A DNA stretch of 12,382 nucleotides from Candidatus Fermentibacteraceae bacterium. Its GTDB lineage: Bacteria; Fermentibacterota; Fermentibacteria; Fermentibacterales; JCC-6. Made by a program: the position numbers and the translations under genes. Below are positions 7,552-12,382 of this stretch, piece by piece; the stretch's first letter is position 1, and each line of letters begins with the position of its first letter. The stretch covers positions 27,725 through 40,106 of the forward strand of contig JAWLEP010000025.1 of assembly GCA_041686025.1 (NCBI GenBank). Direction: 5' to 3'. Under the pieces are notes generated by a model, which was not told the DNA's origin, made no database searches, and saw only the letters and a program-made list of their open reading frames with translations.

Positions 7552-8489
7552 GGGAGTTCCCCGACCTCGAGGGGCCGCTGGAGCAGCGGGTGCGGAGCTT
7601 CGCCGGCCTCCTTCTCCGCCGCCTGGGCCAGCGGTGCGGCAGCCCTCCGCGGACATACGGCTTCGAGTACGAGTGGATATCCCGCCGTTCCATGTCGCCC
7701 GCGGACCTGGACCGGGTGGTGGACTACCTGGTGGAGGAGGAGGGCTTCCGGGAGCGTGACGGTCAGCTGGTGCTGGACCACCGGCGGATCGTGTTCGAGC
7801 CCGGGGGGCAGATAGAGTTCCTCAGCCCTCCCCTGCCTCCCGGGGACAGCTCCGAGCTTGAGGAGCTGCTGGACTGGATCGTCACCACCCTCGGGGACCT
7901 GCGGCGGCAGACCGGGGTCGACTACGTGGCCGCCGGGTTCATGCCCGGCAGGGAGGATGCGCCGCTGCTGCTGCGGGACGTCCGCTACAGGAGCATGCAC
8001 GAGAGGTTCGAATCCAGCGGAAGGCTGGGCCGGCAGATGATGAAGGGCACCGCCGCCGTGCACCTGCACGCGGCCCTGCTGGACCCCTGTGAGCTGCCGG
8101 TGATGTTCGGGCTGTTCCGGGAGCTTGTGGAGGGTCCCCTGGCCATGTCCCCCGCCCGGCGCGAGATCTGGTGCTCCACCGACGACTGCCGCTGCGGCCT
8201 GCCCCCGGTGCCCCCGAATCCGCAGACGCCCATGGACGTCCTGGAGCCCATGGTGCTGCAGGCCATGGAGGCGGTGGAGCTGCGCACAGGCCGGCCCTTC
8301 CGCGAGCTTCCCTGCGGGAGCTTCGAGGTCTTCCTGAACCACTTCACCACCATCTTCACCGACATCCGGCTCAACCTCAAGGGGGCCACCCTGGAGCTGC
8401 GGACGCAGGACAGCCTGCCGCCGGGAGCATTTCGCGAGGCGTGGAAGCTCTTCACCGCCTCCGTCGAGAAGGCGCTTCCCTCCGACTGA
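7548..8489 (+). CDS. Glutamate-cysteine ligase family 2 (GCS2 / EgtA-like) carboxylate-amine ligase, 313 aa
   Basis: GFEYEW, FEPGGQIEFLSPP, RYRSM, MMKGTAAVHLH, RREIW, FTDIRL and LELRTQDS motifs. TTG start at 7548 overlaps the asnB TGA (TTGA), with SD GAGGAGGTG at 7534-7542. The track ORF upstream of 7548 is a shadow of asnB. Confidence 0.82.
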   Translation: MREFPDLEGPLEQRVRSFAGLLLRRLGQRCGSPPRTYGFEYEWISRRSMSPADLDRVVDYLVEEEGFRERDGQLVLDHRRIVFEPGGQIEFLSPPLPPGDSSELEELLDWIVTTLGDLRRQTGVDYVAAGFMPGREDAPLLLRDVRYRSMHERFESSGRLGRQMMKGTAAVHLHAALLDPCELPVMFGLFRELVEGPLAMSPARREIWCSTDDCRCGLPPVPPNPQTPMDVLEPMVLQAMEAVELRTGRPFRELPCGSFEVFLNHFTTIFTDIRLNLKGATLELRTQDSLPPGAFREAWKLFTASVEKALPSD

Positions 8490-8628
8490 GCCCCGCCCTC
8501 TGCCGGCCGGCCCCATGCCGTCGTCGGGGAATCCCCCTCTACGGCGTGGGGAGGTGCGGACTGGATGGGCCGCCCTTCCGGGCATAGTTTAGACCTGGAT
8601 GTACTTGCACGAATGGGAGGATGTCGGC

Positions 8629-10809
8629 ATGGACAGGATTCTCATTGTCTCCAACCGGCTTCCGGTGAGCGTGGAGGCCGGGGAGAAGGACTTCGAGCTC
8701 AAGCCGTCGGTGGGCGGCCTGGCCACCGGCCTGCGCTCCTTCTACAGGAAGTACGACAGCCGCTGGATAGGCTGGTCCGGGGTGCCCTCGGAGGTGTCAC
8801 GGGAGCTTCCCGGCCTGGACGACGGGCTCATGGAGCAGGGCTGTGTCCCGGTGGAGATGTCCCGGGAGCTGCTGGACGGCTACTACTACGGCTTCGCCAA
8901 CCGCACGGTCTGGCCGCTCTTTCACTACTTTCAGCAGTTCACCGAGTACAGCTGGGAGCTGTGGGAGGCCTATGTGGAGGCCAATCGCCGTTTCGCCGAG
9001 AAGGTCATAGAGCAGGCCCGGCCCGGCGACCGGATCTGGATACACGACTACCACCTGATGCTTCTGCCCCGAATGCTCCGGGAGAGGCTGTCGGACTGCT
9101 CCATCGGCTTCTTCCTGCACATTCCCTTTCCCTCCTTCGAGCTCTTCCGCCTTCTACCCTGGCGCGACAGGCTGATGGACGGCCTGCTGGGCGCGGACCT
9201 GATCGGGTTCCACTCCTACGACTACGCCCGTCACTTCCTCAGCTCCGTGCTGCGGCTGAAGGGCTACGACCGCTCGCTGAGCTACCTGAACGTGGAGGGC
9301 CGTCAGGTGAAGGTAGACGTATTCCCCATAGGAATCGACTACGATAAGTTCGCCGGCGCCCAGAAGGAGCAGGAGACGAAGGCCTTCCGGGAGGACGTGC
9401 ACAACCGGATGAGGGGCAGGAAGATGATCCTGTCCGTGGACCGGCTGGACTACACCAAGGGCATCACCCACCGGCTGGAGGCCTTCGACCTCTTCCTGCG
9501 GGAGTACCCCGAGTACAGGAGCCGGGTGAAGCTGGTCCTCCTGGTGGTCCCCTCCCGGACGAAGGTGCCCCAGTACAACCGGCTGAAGACCGAGCTGGAC
9601 CGGATGGTGGGGAGGATCAACAGCCGCTACAGCGACGTCACCGGCGGGCCCATATCCTACATGTTCCGCTCCCTGCCCTTCCCGGAGCTGGCCGCCCTGT
9701 ACGGCGCCGCCGACGTGGGCCTGGTGACCCCCATCCGAGACGGCATGAACCTGGTGGCCAAGGAGTACGTGGCCTCCCAGACCGATGATCCCGGGATAGT
9801 GGTGCTCAGCGAGATGGCCGGCGCTGCCATGGAACTCTCCGAGGCCATAATGGTCAATCCCAACAACACCCCCCAGGTGGCCGGCGCCATCCGGGAGGCC
9901 CTGGAGATGGACCCCGACGAGAAGCGCCGCCGCATGGAGGCCATGCAGGAGAGGATCAGGCGCTACGACGTGATCCGCTGGGCCAACGACTTCGTGGAGA
10001 GCCTGGAGGACGTCCGGCGCCAGCAGCAGGAGGACGCCTGCATGGAGATGGACGGGGAGGACGTGGACGACCTGGAGGAGGCCTGCAGGGAATCCCGCAC
10101 CAGGCTGGTCCTCCTGAACTACGACGGCACCCTGGTACCACCGGGCAGGGACCTGGAGCAGGTCCGGCCCGACGGGGACATGCTGGCCCTGCTCCGCGGC
10201 CTTCGGGAAGCGACCGGCTGCCGGCTGGTCCTCTACAGCGGCCGCAGCCGGGAGAGCATGGAGGACCTGTTCGGCGAGGAGTTCAGCATGGTGGCCGAGG
10301 GCGGATTCTGGGTCCGCGACCCGGGAGACCGCTGGCACATGATAGCCCCCCTCCACGACGCATGGAAGGAGGAGGTCCGTCCGCTGATGCAGTTCTACGT
10401 GGACCGGACCCCCGGAGCCTTCATGGAGGAGAAGGACTTCTCGCTGGTCTGGCACTACCGCAGGACCGAGCCGGCCCTGGCCAGGGTCCGGTCCCGGGAG
10501 CTCCTTCTGTCGCTCTACGCTCAGACCGCCAGCATGGAGCTGGACGTGGTGGAGGACCGCAGACGGGTGGAGGTCCGCAACGCCGAGTTCAACAAGGGGC
10601 GGGCCGTGGCGCACTGGCTGGAGCGGCAGCGCTGGGACCTGATACTTGCCGCAGGCGACGACAGCACCGACGAGAACGTCTACAATGCCCTGCCCGAGAG
10701 GGCATACACCATAAGGGTGGGCTCCGGCCCCACCGACGCGCGCTTCAGGATGACGTCCGTGGACGACATGAGGCCGCTGCTGCGCAACGTGCTGGACTGC
10801 ATGTCCTGA
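8629..10809 (+). CDS. otsA: Fused alpha,alpha-trehalose-6-phosphate synthase (GT20) / HAD trehalose-phosphatase domain; phosphatase motif degenerate
   Basis: [48 protein letters not shown] and [10 protein letters not shown] are intact. The C-terminal HAD domain has NYDGTL, SGR, NKG and GDDSTDEN. Start re-called to ATG 8629 with SD GGAGG at 8616-8620. Confidence 0.93.
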   Translation: MDRILIVSNRLPVSVEAGEKDFELKPSVGGLATGLRSFYRKYDSRWIGWSGVPSEVSRELPGLDDGLMEQGCVPVEMSRELLDGYYYGFANRTVWPLFHYFQQFTEYSWELWEAYVEANRRFAEKVIEQARPGDRIWIHDYHLMLLPRMLRERLSDCSIGFFLHIPFPSFELFRLLPWRDRLMDGLLGADLIGFHSYDYARHFLSSVLRLKGYDRSLSYLNVEGRQVKVDVFPIGIDYDKFAGAQKEQETKAFREDVHNRMRGRKMILSVDRLDYTKGITHRLEAFDLFLREYPEYRSRVKLVLLVVPSRTKVPQYNRLKTELDRMVGRINSRYSDVTGGPISYMFRSLPFPELAALYGAADVGLVTPIRDGMNLVAKEYVASQTDDPGIVVLSEMAGAAMELSEAIMVNPNNTPQVAGAIREALEMDPDEKRRRMEAMQERIRRYDVIRWANDFVESLEDVRRQQQEDACMEMDGEDVDDLEEACRESRTRLVLLNYDGTLVPPGRDLEQVRPDGDMLALLRGLREATGCRLVLYSGRSRESMEDLFGEEFSMVAEGGFWVRDPGDRWHMIAPLHDAWKEEVRPLMQFYVDRTPGAFMEEKDFSLVWHYRRTEPALARVRSRELLLSLYAQTASMELDVVEDRRRVEVRNAEFNKGRAVAHWLERQRWDLILAAGDDSTDENVYNALPERAYTIRVGSGPTDARFRMTSVDDMRPLLRNVLDCMS

Positions 10810-10840
10810 GCCGGCGCTCTCCGCCGGGCCGCATCTCCGC

Positions 10841-10870
10841 TTGTGGCGGAAGCCCCGAGGACTGCATAAT
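10841..10870 (+). promoter_or_regulatory. Possible sigma70 promoter for treT
   Basis: TTGTGG (10841-46), 18-bp spacer, CATAAT (10865-70) in the 154-bp gap, downstream of the hairpin CCGGCG-CTCTC-CGCCGG (10811-10827). Confidence 0.35.
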
Positions 10871-10963
10871 TGCCACTGACCCGATTCCGCACCGGGCCGG
10901 CCGGGGGACCATGCCATGTCGAGAAACGGATCCAAATCACGCACCGGGAGGAAAGAGAGGCTG

Positions 10964-12175
10964 ATGCACAGGCTGGAAGACTACCTGGACGTCGTGGGAG
11001 ACGAGAAGGTCGCGTCTATTCTGAAACAGGCCAGCCGTCTCTACGGCAAGCACTTCGTACACATGAACTCCACCTACCAGGGCGGCGGGGTGGCCGAGAT
11101 GCTCACCACCCTGGTGCCGCTGACCAACGACTCCAACGTGGACGCGGGATGGAGGATACTGCACGGCAACAGCGACTTCTTCGCCATCACCAAGCAGTTC
11201 CACAACGCCATGCAGGGAGGGCCCCTGAAGCTCACCGACGCCAAGAGGGAGATCTACCTGGACACCAACCGGGAGTTCGCCATCTTCACCCATCTCGACC
11301 ACGACGCGGTGATCATACACGACCCCCAGCCGCTGCCCCTGATCCGCAACTACCAGAAGTCACAGCCGTGGATCTGGCGCTGCCACATAGACATCTCCGA
11401 GCCCAACCCCGAGCTGTGGGAGTTCCTGAAGCAGTTCATCATCCGCTACGACGTGGCCATCATCTCCTCCGAGACCTACCGCAAGCCGGACCTGCCGGTG
11501 GAGCAGCGGGTGATAGAGCCCGCCATCAACCCCCTCAGCGCCAAGAACGAGGACCTCACCGACGAGCACATTGCCAGCATACTGAACAACTTCGATATAC
11601 CCACCGACAAGCCCTTCATCACCCAGATCTCCCGCTTCGACCCCTGGAAGGACCCGCTGGGGGTCCTGGAGGTATACAGGCGCGTGCGCAAGAAGGTGGA
11701 CTGCCGGCTGGTACTCTGCGGATCAATGGCCAGCGACGACCCCGAGGGCTACGACGTCTACGAGAAGGTCCGCCAGGAGGCCGACCCCATGATCCGCAGC
11801 GGCGACGTGATACTGATAACCTACCAGAGCAACATCATGGTCAACGCCATACAGCGCGCCGCCGCGGTGATCATACAGAAGTCGCAGCGGGAGGGCTTCG
11901 GCCTCACCGTCACCGAGGGCCTGTGGAAGCGGCGGCCGGTGGTGGCCTCCAACGTGGGCGGCATACCGCTGCAGATCGAGGACGGGAAGACCGGCTTCCT
12001 GCTGGAGCCCGACGACTACGACGGCTTCGCCGAGCGGGTAATCCAGCTGCTGGAGAGCCCCGGGGACGCCAGGGAGATGGGCAGGCTGGGCCGGGAGCAC
12101 GTCCGGGAGCGGTTCCTGATCACCCGCCTGCTGTCCGACTACCTGGACCTGGTGGCCGACGTCCTGGGCTGCTAG
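10964..12175 (+). CDS. treT: TreT-type trehalose glycosyltransferring synthase (GT4)
   Basis: HMNSTYQGGGVAEML, FHNAMQG, IHDPQP, WIWRCHID, QISRFDPWKDP and QKSQREGFGLTVTEGLWK motifs. Start re-called to ATG 10964 (GAGAGG just upstream). Confidence 0.88.
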   Translation: MHRLEDYLDVVGDEKVASILKQASRLYGKHFVHMNSTYQGGGVAEMLTTLVPLTNDSNVDAGWRILHGNSDFFAITKQFHNAMQGGPLKLTDAKREIYLDTNREFAIFTHLDHDAVIIHDPQPLPLIRNYQKSQPWIWRCHIDISEPNPELWEFLKQFIIRYDVAIISSETYRKPDLPVEQRVIEPAINPLSAKNEDLTDEHIASILNNFDIPTDKPFITQISRFDPWKDPLGVLEVYRRVRKKVDCRLVLCGSMASDDPEGYDVYEKVRQEADPMIRSGDVILITYQSNIMVNAIQRAAAVIIQKSQREGFGLTVTEGLWKRRPVVASNVGGIPLQIEDGKTGFLLEPDDYDGFAERVIQLLESPGDAREMGRLGREHVRERFLITRLLSDYLDLVADVLGC

Positions 12176-12381
12176 GAGAGCCCCCGCTCCGGGGCCAGCA
12201 CGCTGGGGCGGGACACCCCCGCGCGGATCTGGGTCCTGGTGGAGAGCCCCACCACGCTTCCGGTTCGTCTCTGCAGGAACCCCGCAGCCTCTTCGGAGGC
12301 GCCGTGGGCCCCGAACCCCTCCGTCAGTATCAGCCCGAAGGGTATGTCCTCGTCGCCGGTGAGGGCCACGCCCAGCTCCCG
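12172..12381 (-). CDS. 3' end of a conserved hypothetical protein (partial; begins beyond the window)
   Basis: Frame is open to the window edge: RELGVALTGDEDIPFGLILTEGFG...TQIRAGVSRP. GVAxTG/TEGFG/TQIRAGV resembles an uncharacterised bacterial family as I recall it. Its stop overlaps the treT stop in the palindrome CTAG (12172-12175). Confidence 0.7.
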   Translation of the reverse strand, partial: RELGVALTGDEDIPFGLILTEGFGAHGASEEAAGFLQRRTGSVVGLSTRTQIRAGVSRPSVLAPERGLS

Positions 12382-12382
12382 G

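Noticed and set aside
7548..8489. Ergothioneine (egtA) operon
   Set aside because: No egtB, egtC or egtD neighbours in the window.
6142..10944. Long antisense ORFs (6142-7656, 7173-8585, 9154-10944), and similarly 3378-4493
   Set aside because: Expected stop-poor antisense frames in high-GC coding DNA; no motifs.

Overview
High-GC bacterial chromosomal window with about 12 genes and no recognisable mobile element, CRISPR array, rRNA or tRNA. In order: the 5' part of a TonB-dependent-receptor-like gene on the minus strand (missing from the ORF track, apparently frameshifted at a G6 run); a membrane-anchored class III adenylate cyclase (-); a divergent arylsulfotransferase-family gene (+); a ~320-bp structured intergenic region (candidate ncRNA/leader); an acyl-CoA thioesterase; a SLOG/YspA (DUF2493-like) protein; a nitroreductase; a MIF-family tautomerase; a translationally coupled AsnB-type amidotransferase plus a short, divergent glutamate-cysteine-ligase (GCS2) family enzyme; a fused trehalose-6-P synthase/phosphatase whose phosphatase nucleophile Asp is replaced by Asn; a TreT-type trehalose synthase; and the 3' end of a convergent conserved hypothetical gene. 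Best leads: (1) the AsnB+GCS2 pair next to two trehalose routes, a possible undescribed amide/gamma-glutamyl compatible-solute pathway; (2) the apparently dead TPP domain; (3) the structured RNA candidate at ~3533-3740. All family calls come from motif recognition by eye; no database searches or folding programs were run.
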